A stretch of 64,000 bases of DNA, taken from positions 40,424,001 through 40,488,000 of the forward strand of contig CM060732.1 of the NCBI GenBank assembly GCA_030704615.1. The letters are read 5' to 3'. The notes under the pieces were generated by a model. It did no database searches, was not told where the DNA came from, and saw nothing but the letters and a program-made list of their open reading frames with translations. The stretch comes from Takakia lepidozioides (Eukaryota; Plantae; Bryophyta). How positions within the stretch are numbered: position 1 is the stretch's first letter; each line of letters opens with the position of its first letter. The translations under genes were made by a program, and so were the position numbers. Below, piece after piece: positions 1 to 11,938 of the stretch.

Positions 1-474
1 ATTGCAAATGGAAACGAACGTGACCCGGTCGGGCTTCACCCCTGCCTGCATCATTTTCTCATATGTCTCCAGGGCATTCTTACCACACCTATGCTTGGTA
101 AATCCTGCCATCATTATATTCCACGTGATCAAACCTCGTTCAGGCATTGTGTCGAACACTTTGTGTGCATCCACTATGCTCCCACATTTGACATACATGT
201 TGACAAGGCTGTTGTATAGAAACACGTTTGGCTTGAACCCAGTGTGAATGATGTGACTGTGCACCTGCTTTCCGGCTGCCAGGCCTTTCATCTTGATGCA
301 CTTATGCAAGAGACACACATAAGTATCTGTATCTGCTGAAATGCCTCCTCGATTCAAAATTTGCAGAGCCTCTTTCAGTTGTCCTGCCTCACATAGTGTC
401 CTGACATGCTCAGAAATCCCAGAGGAGATATTGTGGACTCCCTCTCTTGATCTTCTTTTGTAAGTAGTGGCCAT
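1..474 (-). CDS. PLS-class pentatricopeptide repeat protein, N-terminal part (continues off the left edge)
   Basis: Manual minus-strand translation from ATG 474: MATTYKRR...LCEAGQLKEALQILNRGGISADTDTYVCLLHKCIKMKGLAAGKQVHSHIIHTGFKPNVFLYNSLVNMYVKCGSIVDAHKVFDTMPERGLITWNIMMAGFTKHRCGKNALETYEKMMQAGVKPDRVTFVSICN. This is an L-S-P motif series closely paralogous to the N-terminus of 15547..18228. The frame is open further upstream to ~637, so the true start is uncertain. Confidence 0.9.
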   Translation of the reverse strand, partial: MATTYKRRSREGVHNISSGISEHVRTLCEAGQLKEALQILNRGGISADTDTYVCLLHKCIKMKGLAAGKQVHSHIIHTGFKPNVFLYNSLVNMYVKCGSIVDAHKVFDTMPERGLITWNIMMAGFTKHRCGKNALETYEKMMQAGVKPDRVTFVSICN

Positions 475-1859
475 GGTGCAGGTGCCCGACTTGATCAACT
501 GTGCTGCCGCTGCTCCCAATTGACCATCTATACATGCCGGTTTCTTGCTGCTATCAATACACAGTGGCTCATGGGTACTCTTGCGCTTGAAATCTGGCCT
601 TCTTAGATGTATCTGGACCCACACTCCACTCTGCCTCCTTCAGCTATCCCTCCCTGCCTTGGCAACAATAATGCATAGATCCTAACCCTTGCTGCTAGCA
701 GCAGCTGACAATGACGACCTCGATAAACCCCACCCACCCCACCTACTTACCACAGACTTGTTCCTATGCTGAATTACTGTCTTTAGAAAAATGTTCGGAG
801 TGTGCGAGGATGACATTTTGAACGTCTGCTTCTTCTGTAACGCAGCAGACATTCACCTTTCTGTCTCGATTGACCCACCATTGACTGGGTTCGAAACATA
901 TTCCTTCCACAACTTCAGCTTGTCTCTGTTGTTGGTTTTGATTTGCCTGTTGTCCCATTGGCAGTAACATGTTTAAAACACTCGGAACCACCATGGATCG
1001 ACCTGACCAACTAACTATAAAAACTCAGAGACGAATCTGATGAGAGGACAAAACAAGCCTAAACGTGTGGAAGAAGAAGGTGCTCTCACCACATTGTCAC
1101 ATTGTCGTTGACCTTGTGTCATGAAAGCTTCTAGCTTTTCTTTCACCAAAGGAGAATACAAGCAACCCCGCATCCAAATGACCTCTTGAGTGCGATGCTT
1201 ATGTCGGTAGTCCAGTGATCTTCGATTGGTCAACACCGTGCAGTTGAGCAGCCATAGGTTTAAACACAACTCCGTAAGACCTCCCAAGTACCTTGTAGAT
1301 ACCAGGAAAAACCCTTGGGTAATGCATTTTCATGGCCTGCTTAGGAACACCAACCTATGTTACTGACAGGAACAGCCAGACAAACTTCTTCACGTCCTAC
1401 ATGAAGAAAGTTTGCGCTTGTCCCACCATTGTGAAGATGAATTCGATAAACAACAACTGTAAAACTGCTCAGGCTCTCATGTCCAGCCATTAGAGTACAT
1501 GTAAGCAAGGATCATTTCAGAGGTAGAACAAGGTTGAGTAGAAGCAAGGAGTGGACAGTGGACGTGCATGACCAGCAGGCAGTGGATTGATTGCATAGAC
1601 GCACAGGTGGAAGGGTTTGGGAATTTGAGATTTGTGATAGAGGTGTTCTTCCTTGGCGGAGATGCCCTTAGTAGTGTGGCAAAGGCTTGGAATGTTGAGT
1701 GGCAAATAATTTGCTGACAACCTTCAAAGTAGACACATAGTCCAGGAGGCGAGTGTACTCTTAGGGTTTCATTCTTTTGTTTACATTGTGAGGTAGCCTG
1801 GGTGTTCATGTACTTGATGTTCTCTAGAATCTTTCGACTAAATGTCTGGAAGCGTTTTG

Positions 1860-2444
1860 ATTCAACACAGATATGATGATGATCATGGGGTTCACACTTC
1901 ACACAGCAAAGCTGACTTGTCGTTGTCAAGAGCAGTTCGAATAGTGTACACATACGGATTAACTCTTCCTTTATTCACCACATGCATGGAGACCTTCAAG
2001 TCATCTTAAAAAGGGACTCAAGTTTTGCTCTCGAGCCTGTGCCTTCACTCTGAGTCTGGGCTCTGAAGCCTCAGAGTAACTAACATTTTGTTTTGATTAT
2101 CACTCTGAAACTTGCACACAGGAGTTAAATAGAGAGGATTTCAAGTAGAAGGATAGGTGTCGACTCATGGAAGCTAGATTCTATCCAGCCACTCAAAGAA
2201 ATCACACTCCAATAACCCCGGATTCCTGACGTGCCTACTTTTGTTTGCAGTCTGGAGAGAACGTCGAGATAAATTTTTGCTGTGACTTTGCTGTTTGATG
2301 ATTATCATTGAGCTGTAGGTATCACCATAGACAGCTCACAGAGAAAGCACTACTGACTCTCACAGACAGTGACCCTTCATCTCTTTCACTGGATTATGAC
2401 CTCTTAACTCTTACATTTGCTTCTCTTCCATGAGTGTTGCTTGT
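1860..2444 (-). repeat. Inverted copy of the 3' UTR/flank of the intact PPR-DYW gene (matches ~18229..18870)
   Basis: The reverse complement aligns with the sequence after the stop at 18228. Shared blocks include gtcagtagtgcttt, ctacagctcaatga, atcatcaaacagcaaagtcac, gttattggagtgtgattt and gctcgagagcaaaac. Confidence 0.85.
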
Positions 2445-3650
2445 TCACAGTAATCCCCACAAGAGCAAAGCCTATCTTGTAGTGGTGAAAGCGGTTGGCA
2501 TCCCGTACAAAAACTTCTCGACCAACAATCTTTGAGAAGAACTTGGAGGCAGTGTGGCAGTCATCACACACCCGAAGGTTCTTGAGGACGTGCAGAGGCA
2601 TGCCCGGCGGTGTGCTGATGAGCCCGAACGAATGGTGGCTTTTCACTGTTGTGGAAATAGTAGATTCGTTTGCTCCTCCTCCAGATCATGCAATACAAAG
2701 CATGTGTCAGCCACGTAGCTCCCTCCTTCATTGTCTTGGACAATCTCTTCAGCTCAGCATGGATTCCGTCAATTTGTGGATGCAATTATCTTCTGACACA
2801 GATGCAGGCACCTGGTTCTCCACCTCAATGCAGCTGCATCACTCCTGTGTCGTGCATCATTATTTTCATCTTTGCTGTATCATCCCACTGGCCAGCCACA
2901 GCATAGGTGTTCGATAGCAGCACATAAATTGCAGTGTCCATTGGATCCCACTTCAAAAGGCATTTTGCTGCTCGTTCTGCCACCTCCACATTGCCATGAA
3001 TTCTGCAGGCACCAAGCAAAGGGGTACAATACCATGGCATCTGGTTTGCTTGGCATTTTCTGCCATGCTGGAACATGCATTAAGAATGCAAATGAATGTG
3101 ACCCTGTTGGGGAGTGCCCATTCCTGGGTCATCTGCTCATACATCCCCAAAGCCGACAACCAACATTTAGCCGAGTGGTAAGGGCACAAGCCGCTTCACT
3201 AGTGGTTGTCAGTTCAAAGCACATGCTGGATGTCATTAAGGTGTCCACCTTCCCACCGGAAGGCAGTAGCCCTTCAGGGTCAAGTGACACCATTATTTAC
3301 ACTTGCTTCAGCAACCTGACCACCTTTATCACTAAAGCCTCCCTAGCACACCAATGCTGAGCATATCCTGTGATACTCGCATCCCATGAGACCAAATGTC
3401 CTTGAGCTGACTGTCAAACACTTGATGTGCACCGTTCATAGTTCCACATTTGGCATGCATGTTGACAAGGGCAGTCTCCAGACTGCCATGGGGAGCAATT
3501 TCTGCTTTGTTGATGTCAGAAGCACCTCTTTTCCCAAAACTCCTAGGCTGGTACATGCATTGAGAATGCAAGTGAATGTGATGTTGTTGGCCACAAACCC
3601 TTCCGTATCATCTCCTCATAGATCTCGAAAGCCTCCCTACAACACCCATT
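2445..3650 (-). pseudogene. 5'-truncated, frameshifted PLS-E-DYW PPR pseudogene (paralog of 16633..18228)
   Basis: Fragments in several frames: [91 protein letters not shown]. It has multiple indels, a ~440 bp deletion at the junction cagcatggc|agaaaatgcc (~3061), a SINE insertion, and homology that stops abruptly at 3650. Confidence 0.92.
3155..3327 (+). mobile_element. tRNA-derived SINE-like insertion inside the PPR pseudogene
   Basis: About 173 bp absent from the intact paralog. A-box-like TAGCCGAGTGG at ~3168 and B-box-like AGTTCAAAGC at ~3211. The ends of the head (gacaaccaacat / atgctggatgtc) pair as an acceptor-like stem. It ends in TTT and has an imperfect 12-bp TSD: atccccaaagcc (3143-3154) / atcactaaagcc (3328-3339). 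Confidence 0.75.
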
Positions 3651-3916
3651 ATGGAAGGAAAAGCCAGAAGGGAGATGTACCCATTAAACTGCATCTTAGC
3701 CATTGTGACCATAGACTCCATGCCCAGTTTGGAGGGAGTAGAAAGGAGAAAAAGGGCAACCTGCATTCCCCAACTCCACAAAGCTCTTAGCCCTTGGTAG
3801 GATTTCCACAGGAAGGCCATCTAAGCCATCCTTCAGACTTGGCCTTGTGAAAACCATTTTCTGGGTGCTCAGCGGAGTACAATTTGTCAGCTTTTAACAA
3901 TTGACACGCAATCTGT

Positions 3917-5993
3917 TCACATGAAGACATACAAAGAATGGTAAACATCGTGGTACAATTGCAGCCACAAGGGCACTGCCATCCGAGCTGCTCCCAACAT
4001 TCCTCTGGCTGTTTCATCACCTGCCTTCATCTCCCCCCGCTTCATCATGCCAAACTGTTGACATGTCTCCAGAGCTTCCGTTGCAACTAAAAAGCAGTAC
4101 TCCAACAAGGAGTTGATTTTCACCAGAAGGGTAGCCGATCCCTCAACAAATTTCTTAGCACAATCAAGTCTTTCCTGTTTCCTCTCCAAAAGTAGGCCTG
4201 TTAGCACACAATTGGCGAGAGGAAACTGACCACGGTTGGCGAAGGCCTTGGAATCCCGACCAGCCTGTAAGCTCGCCGCCCCTGCCCTCTTCACTAGCCC
4301 TTGGAGCTTCAATAGCCCCTCACGCCTTTTCATGAATAAATCAACAGCTGCTAGAGTTAGCTGAATATCCCCTGTTTGAGACTTTGCTGCATTAGGACTG
4401 GCGCCTGCTTGGGCTGCAAATGGGTGCGATGTGAGCACCGCATGTGCCATCTGAAGTATATTGATGGCAAACGGATTGAATTTATTGTCACAACTTCCAG
4501 GGCACCCATTACCTCCACCGGCATCACTTTGAACTACCGACAATGTGGCGGATGTACAAAGTGGGTAGGTAGAAGGAGACCGAGAAAGGTCTTCCGAGAG
4601 AGTATGAGGACAATGGAGCTTCAGTAATTGTGAACAGCATCGCACTACCGCGGCTTCATCGACGGAAGGGCGCAAGCGGACTTCCTCACCTCCCCTGCAT
4701 TGGTGGCAAGACCTTTTCTTACAAGGCAGAGGCAGCCCTTCAGTATCTAACACTGCCTGCAGTAAAGGCATCTCTAGAAAGATTCCAGACTCACAATATA
4801 CCCTCTGTCTACAGTTGCTCCAACACCTTCCTTGTCTTGGAGATCCTTCGTCGTCTCGTTTACTTGTTTATCGAATTCCTCTCTGACAACTTCGGTGTGA
4901 ACCTTACCTAGCGGGTCCCTCTCACAAGCTGTGATTCCCGAAGGATTTGTTATGATCTGCTCTTCATGACTTTGGTACCATTCTTGTGGCTCAGTCCCCT
5001 GTCTATGAGGCCTCCTGACATCATCCGACCAAACCTTCTGTCAGCATCCATATTGCTCCGACGGCCTTGGCTACGAAGGGCAGCTATAGGTTATATACAT
5101 ATCAATGTGAAGCCGAGTAAACTCTGAACTGGCATTTGAGAGGTAAGCAGATAACTGAGATAGGGCAGGGCTAAAAGCAGGGTATCCATTTTCATACCTT
5201 GCACACATTAGAGAAAACACTTTGATGGAAGAGACCTTGAAGATTGACCATAGTAAGTGTTCTGATACAATCACGCAAATCAGGCATAGAACCAGGTGGA
5301 TAAACTCGAGGAGATATCTCAGAAAGCTACGTCCGCATGGTCTTCTCAACAAGAGGCAGAAATCACACGAAAAGAACTGACCAGATCAAAAGGACTGACT
5401 CAGCCATGGAGTGGAACGGACATGCGCTTCACCGGTGGTTCCAAATCTGACAAGTGATTCTGGCTGCCGTCCTCCGTCCCTCTCCCTTTCGGAGAAGTTC
5501 CACTTCTGCTGCTAGGTTTTGTAATGTGCTGAAGATATGGCTGAAAAGATAAAGGATGACCTTCGCAGGGGGAACTATACACTTCAGCAAGGGACGGGTC
5601 GAGACGGGAAGGCAAACCTGCAGGGCTCCCTGGTTGCCAAATACCCACAGGGGGTAATTCTGTGGGTGGATCTCCTACTCCTCTCTCAAACGGCTGCTGG
5701 CTTTGGGCTGACGCTAAATGCATGTAATGCGCGGCTTCAAGAGTGTAAGACCGTCGACCCACTCGAGAAACTTGGGCACGGCGGACCATGGAGGGAGGTA
5801 GAGCCATAGCGGGGGGGATTCCGAGCACATGCCGCTGCTGGTCGCCTATAGGGTTGAGCACCCCACATCTCCAACACTTCTTCGTGCAAATCGCAGGCAA
5901 TGGGAGGAGGATGGGGATGGGGTTAGCGCAGATCAGACAGGGTGTTATAGCACGGCCGCATAACTGGCAAGCCAAGGTCAGAGCTGCTGTCAT
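3917..5993 (-). CDS. Unidentified, probably spliced or decayed gene with N-terminal CxxC clusters
   Basis: Two same-strand ORFs: 5400..6002 (200 aa with CQLC, CLIC, CWRC) and 3917..4771 (284 aa). A plausible acceptor (cttcgtag) lies at ~5071. Stops between 4771 and 5070 suggest decay or extra introns. No family recognised. Confidence 0.35.
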
Positions 5994-7530
5994 GGCGAGC
6001 AAAGCACCCGATTCTCGCGAGGGAGAGACCTCTGCTCTCTACAACAACAATCTACTCAATCTACTTACAAACCTCTTGAGTTTCCCGAAGGACGAAGTTA
6101 CTAAGTACCAACACTCTGGCGCACTGCAGCAAGAACTTTACATAGTCTTGTTATTGATTCTTTCAGTGATTTCTCTCTCAAGAGTCACTGTCGTCTCTCT
6201 CACGAACATTCACAAGCCGCAGTCATAGCAACAATCTGAAAAGCCATAACTTGGTCATTACAAGATTTCTACTTTCCTGATTACAGTTTAGTAGCGTAGT
6301 AACTAGTAACCAAGTAGGAATAGTTGAAGTATTTAGTGGGATTTGTGGACTTAATCCTGGGCAATTGAAAATTTTCATTGGAAGTTGAATTAGTATCCTG
6401 GTGATCTTCTCATACCAGAATCACTTAATTTGTTCACAATCTGAGCATCCATTTGTTCACATGGAGCCTGATCCCTACCAGCAACTGATGAATCATGTCA
6501 TATCACAACACAAAAGTTTTCTGTTGCTTGCTGGATTTGTGGTATGATCGCAACTGCACTTGTCTTGCAATACTTACAGACTCTAAATCTGCCCCGGGTC
6601 TCCTCGTGAGTGTTTTGCATCTTTTTGGGTTGTCGTGTTTTCAATGGCAATCAAGATTGGAGATGGGTCTGCATTCCAGGTTCCGAGTGTTGAACAGGAC
6701 CCAGTAATAAAAAAAAGGCACGCTTCCCAAGAGTACAGATACAGACGTACAGACGCTCTAATACCACGCCGTCTTTGCGCCGTCTATAACCGTCGCATCA
6801 CGATCTCTATCTCCGCAGGCATGGAAGCTAAACTTTCTCGAGCAAGAGACATTGAGAGCATCCACGGTGTCCTGAGAATCAAGGAAGGGGATTAGTGATC
6901 AGAAGTGAGTGAGTGAGTGAGGGGGCCGAAAGTAGGTGAGAAACTTGGAAGATGAAGAAAATTTTGCTAGATTGAGATCGCTCTAGGAATGTTTTGGAGC
7001 CTGGGAGAAAGAGAAAGCGAGATTCACAAAGCCCGGTGTTTTGGGAAGCATCGAGGATGCAATATTGAGAGTGGTTTGGCGAGAGAAAGGGAGTGCATTA
7101 TGCGTGGGAGGTATGGGGGCAACGACAGTTTTTCGAGAGTGTGAGTTTCAGAGCGAGGAAGGGAGAAAATAAGTAATACTTGTCGGGAGCCTAAGCCAAC
7201 TGTGGAGGATTCAGAAAAAGGAACTTGTCAGTAGAAGTTCTGGTTGTCTGGAGAGAGAGATCGTTGTCCGATCGTCTTCTGACTCAATTTCTTCAAGTAA
7301 ATGGCGCTGCAGCTGGGAGCCCAAAGCTCTGCGGAATCCACGGCACGTATTATCTCGGGCCTAATGGAATTATGACCCCACAGTCCAGCCAGCTGTGGGC
7401 CGGGGAGTCATTTAGAGCATTGAGACTCATGAGTGAAGTGCATTACTGAGGCACACAGAGCTCAGCTGAAGATCGATTCCCGAGCTGATCTGCACAGCTG
7501 GTCGAATATGTCGAATATGAGAATAGGCAA

Positions 7531-7782
7531 ATGTATCATGAGCATGTCCATGAAGATCACTTCTACTGTCACAAATGGCAGCTGGGGTTCGCCACAATAA
7601 GAGGATTCAGGAAACACTTGGCCTGCTCTTCGAGCCACCAATTCTCCTGTGCACCATGTCATAGGGATTTCACTACCACAAATGCTTTGATGGGGCATCG
7701 CAAGTCCTGTCACCCTGGTAAGACGGTCAAGTGCCCTGAATGTGGGAAGAAGTTCAAGACGCAATCAGGTCTTGCAATGCAC
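7531..7782 (+). pseudogene. C2H2 zinc-finger gene fragment
   Basis: CAPC-x12-H-x4-H and CPECGKKFKTQSGLAMH fingers, ending at a CAC|GTAAGT donor. The first finger is degenerate (CHKW), the upstream frame is broken, and no downstream exon was recognised. Confidence 0.6.
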
Positions 7783-8578
7783 GTAAGTGTACGAAACAAG
7801 CTCAGGCTGATCGCAAGGTTGCGTAACTGGGTCAATAGAATTTACAATATACGTGTATGTACAGAAGCAGTACACTCCTCTGTGCATGGAGGATCTAGAT
7901 CACTAATATGTCGAGGGAACGTACTCGAGCTACAGGTCAAGAGGTCTCCGAGGAGGTCTCATATATAAACTTAATATGCTTGAATTGAACACTTGGTCCC
8001 CGGGGACAATAGAGTACATACCTTCATTAAGAATGTGGCCTGTAATGTGATCAGGTGTTGATCACAATGTCCCTGGAAAATGTACAGATCTCGTTACATC
8101 AATTGGAGATTTTTACTTTGACATGTCATCTGAGCTACTCCGAAGCCATCCTTTAGGGATGGAGATCTAACCAAGTACAGGTCTAGGCTAATCTCAAAGA
8201 TGAGAGACGAGGTCCAACAGAGGTCTTACGGCCCCTAAGAGGTTATTTTTTCCTCGTCTCTGTTCTCATTTTGCCACTCCAATAAAATTTTGCAGGGCCC
8301 CTGACCCCTTTTTATAAAAAAGAAAAAGAAAAAGAAAAAGACAGAGTGTCAAGGCAGTGATGAGTCATGCCCTTAGAATCACCTCCCTCGTTGGTTTGGC
8401 CAAAGCAAGAGAGGCCATTGCCCTTTGAGGCTTGTTACTTACTTGGTTGCTCTAATAACTGCATACAGCGACACTAAGCAATGCTTAAACATCTGATTGG
8501 CAAGCAAGGAAGGAGTAAGCTGTAGAGATCGACAAGCTCGTTACTTGAATCCTGTTGCAGGAGCAAGGAGTGGAGACA

Positions 8579-9795
8579 ATGTCGTTTCCGATGCTACAAT
8601 CTTCGGCGCTGGGCAGAGTTTCCTCCCCACTGCGCGTCTCTCTCGAGACATCTCCTTGCTTGCAGTCCTGGGCTGTTCCTCTCTCCAAGTTTTCTTCCTC
8701 CTCCGTTGGCCTTCATTCTACAGGTCATCTCTCTATTGTTTCTCCCCTGTCTGGCTCTTTCCGGTGAGCTCTTTGGCTACTGGTTCCTTACATCTTCCTT
8801 ATTCATTTCTGTCTCATGGGTCCCCGCCTCCCCTTCCTGTTCCTGCTCTGTGCAATCCCAACGCATGGTTTATGGGCTCGAGTAACCTTCGACATCGTTG
8901 TCTGTGCTGCTCAGGGGGATTGCAAAAAGGCTACGGGGTCGAGAGCTGGCAAATAGCAGCGTCAGAGATCTCCACATGGGTGGCTGATGAAAGGGGGAAG
9001 ACGGAGGAGATGGAAGGAGCTGAGAGGCAGCGCTTGTTCAATCGCATAGCGCCAATGTATGATAACGTAAGTCTTGCTGATAAGCTTGAAAAAATTGTTG
9101 GCTTCAAATCTTACACTGCTGGCGCAAGTTCAAATCTGAGCGGTTTATCTGTGAAACAGGCAGTATTAACTGGTAGGTGATGAACATGGCAGTTAAATGA
9201 CTGGCTCTCTCTGGGACAGCACAAGGTGTGGAAGCGGATGGCTGTTGCATGGAGTGGGTAAGCATGTTAATATGCTGTCAACTCCAGACCTTCAATTGTG
9301 ATTGCTTAGTTATTGTCAGCTGTGGGTTATGGCAGTTAAGGATATAGTTTCATAACATGAGTTTGTGGGCAGAGGCTATGCCATAGCCAACACTGACTCA
9401 GGTCTCAAACATGGCCTAGTTGAGACCAATTACAGTACCAGGTTATGTGCTCTGCTTGTTGATTGTGAGGCTGAGCAGGCACTGAACACCTTTGAATGGG
9501 AAAGGGAGCTTATTCGTTTGTTGTGGACATGGGGTTTGGCTATGTACGACATACAGAGCAAAGGAGGGGGATTCAGTGGCTGATATCTGCTGTGGTAGTG
9601 GTGATATTGCCTTCCTTCTTGCAGACAGAGTTGGGCCTAGAGGCAAGGTGTGGGTATCTCTCTGTCTCTTGAGTCCTTTTGAGCCTCCTTTCATTTCACT
9701 CTCCCTCTCTATCCAAGGAAAACGAAACCACTCTATGTACAGTGTAAACAAAGCTCACTGCCTTGGCAAGCCAAGTTTTTTGAAGACTCAGACAT

Positions 9796-9840
<45 letters not shown>

Positions 9841-11938
9841 GTTTTGTTCATCTGGGCTCCATTGAAACAGATTGCAGGCTTTTGTTGCCATGTCTCTTGT
9901 ATTTGTCTGCTGTTGAGATGCACAAATTTAACAGCCTAAGCGAATCTTTCAACATTCAAACGCTTCTGGTGATAATTTATGCGGAAGCACTCTATTATCT
10001 GTCATTCTACTTAAGCGATGATATTGCACTGGCCTTTGATGTCTGCTTGTGTCCAATCGATGAAAAACTGATTGCCTAGTCCAGGGCTTAAACAACATTG
10101 CGAAGCATTCGCCTAACAACAAAGATGACGGAAAGAAACTACAACAATATTCAGGGACAAAAAAGCTCTCCAGTCTGTACAGCCAGAATATGCCTTATCC
10201 CAGATCCATTCACATGTGAGCTGTTTGTCATGGCCAGGTGTCAGGCCTGGATTTTGCCAAGGAGCAATTAGAAATAGCTTCCCAGCGTCAAGGGGACTGT
10301 CATATTGCTTCTTCTCGAATGGAGTAAGTTCTCTCCATATCCCTCAATATTTCGATACTCATATTATACATGGAGCAGATCCTCAAAGGTAACAACGTTT
10401 TCATGGAATGCTCAATGAACGCAACTCTTTGTCGGTTCCATCTTCTCACCTCCTCCCCTAAAGTACTGGCGGCATGGGTGACATGTTGATAGATGGATTC
10501 AAGGTGACGCACTTAATCTACCATTTGACGATGCTAGTGTCGACGCAATCACCATGGGTTATGGGCTCCGCAATGTTACTAATATTCCCCAGGCCCTACA
10601 TGAGGTTTATCGTGTACTCAAGCCAGGTACTGTGCTCAAATGGCTTCTTACTGAGAGCGTCAGATGACCTATGCAAGAGCTTCTCTCACAGGTGCACCTT
10701 CATGGTGAACAACTATGGTATCACCTGTACTACCTAGATGTTTTTGCTTCAGATCTTCAGGCCTAAGTATAGACTCTTACACAATTCCACCCCACATTCT
10801 CAGCACGTCAACTAGATCAAGCAGATTATTGTGTTTCTCCACTGCAAAGTATTTGGCTTACTTCCAAGTTGGACTCACAGGTTCCAAGGCTTCCATTTTG
10901 GATTTTAATCACAGTGAAAACCCATTCACAAGCAGTTTTCAGGTGGGTCTCTCAAAATGAAGGTCATTTGTATGTCCATTCAAGGTTGTGAGCTGGATTA
11001 TTGAGACTTTGGGACAGTGCCTTTTCTTTTTCTCTAAAGTTGAAAGAATCTGGTCCATCCCCGTATGCTCTTACAGCCATTGGTTTGAACCAGGGACCTT
11101 GGAATCCTGAAAATACTCTCGAATTTTGCATTCTGGAATCTGGATAACTGAGACCCGCATGCTGCCTGGTCTTGTGGAACAAACAGGTCATGCTGGTGCC
11201 TATCACAAGCAGCATTTGGTTTGACATGATGATTGGCAACAGAAGCTTGGACTATCTTGCAACAAGTGCTACTCTTGTTTTCCACTTCAGGACTGTATAT
11301 CATCCTAGCAAGTTACTATAACTGTAAGCTACACTAGTGGAATTGAAGGGGCTCCATTCTTTGTGCCATCTCTCTTTGCTGCAGGAATGGGTGCTGGGGA
11401 GCATAGTCGTGCCCATTGCCACCCAGTTTAGTGTTGAAGAGGAGTATGCTTATCTCAAGACATCCATTGCCTGCTTTCCAACTGGTGAGTTCGTCATGGC
11501 CTTGTTTAGCTCAAAACTACCACAGCTGTTGGATTTCAACCTCTCTCACTGCCTCAGCCAACGCAAAGAACAGGGGAAGAGAACCTCAAAGTTGCGAAAG
11601 AAAAAGAAACAGCTCAATCTCCCACTTGGACATTGATAATGGTTGGGGAGTTGACACCCAACCAGAGGGAAGCTCTATTTGGCAGGATGAGTGGCCTTCA
11701 CGTATTATACACCCAGGGTACTACACTTGTGCATGCATGAATAAACAGGTACATTCCCATTGCAGGCAGCCCTTGAGAAACCTCAAAACCATGCAAATTG
11801 TTTTTGAAGTGTCTGACCAACTCAGTTTTCTGTGCAGGTGTTAAACTAGAGGTGCTTGCTAGGCAAGCAGGGTTTAGCACAGCGGTTCACTATGAAATAG
11901 CGGGTGGGCTCATGGGGGTCCTGGTGGCCACCAGATAG
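8579..11938 (+). CDS. MENG: 2-phytyl-1,4-naphthoquinone (demethylphylloquinol) methyltransferase, chloroplastic; UbiE/COQ5 family; ~9 exons
   Basis: Spliced exons give ERQRLFNRIAPMYDN | LNDWLSLGQHKVWKRMAVAWSG | AKEGDSVADICCGSGDIAFLLADRVGPRGK | VSGLDFAKEQL... | WIQGDALNLPFDDASVDAITMGYGLRNV...VLKPG | SKASILDFN | EWVLGSIVVPIA...EEYAYLKTSI | LARQAGFSTAVHYEIAGGLMGVLVATR*, with GT-AG junctions. A Ser-rich transit-peptide-like first exon starts near 8579; the boundaries of the first intron are uncertain. Confidence 0.92.
9797..9838. repeat. (CT)n microsatellite in a MENG intron
   Basis: About 20 perfect CT units seen directly. Confidence 0.95.

Noticed and set aside
3155-3240. Functional tRNA gene
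   Set aside because: The anticodon and T arms are degenerate, an unrelated 3' body follows, and TSDs flank an insertion in a pseudogene. It is better explained as a SINE.
3290-3327. SINE tail derived from the local LINE family
   Set aside because: No visible similarity to the LINE 3' end (AACAACGTCTTATGAGTACA).
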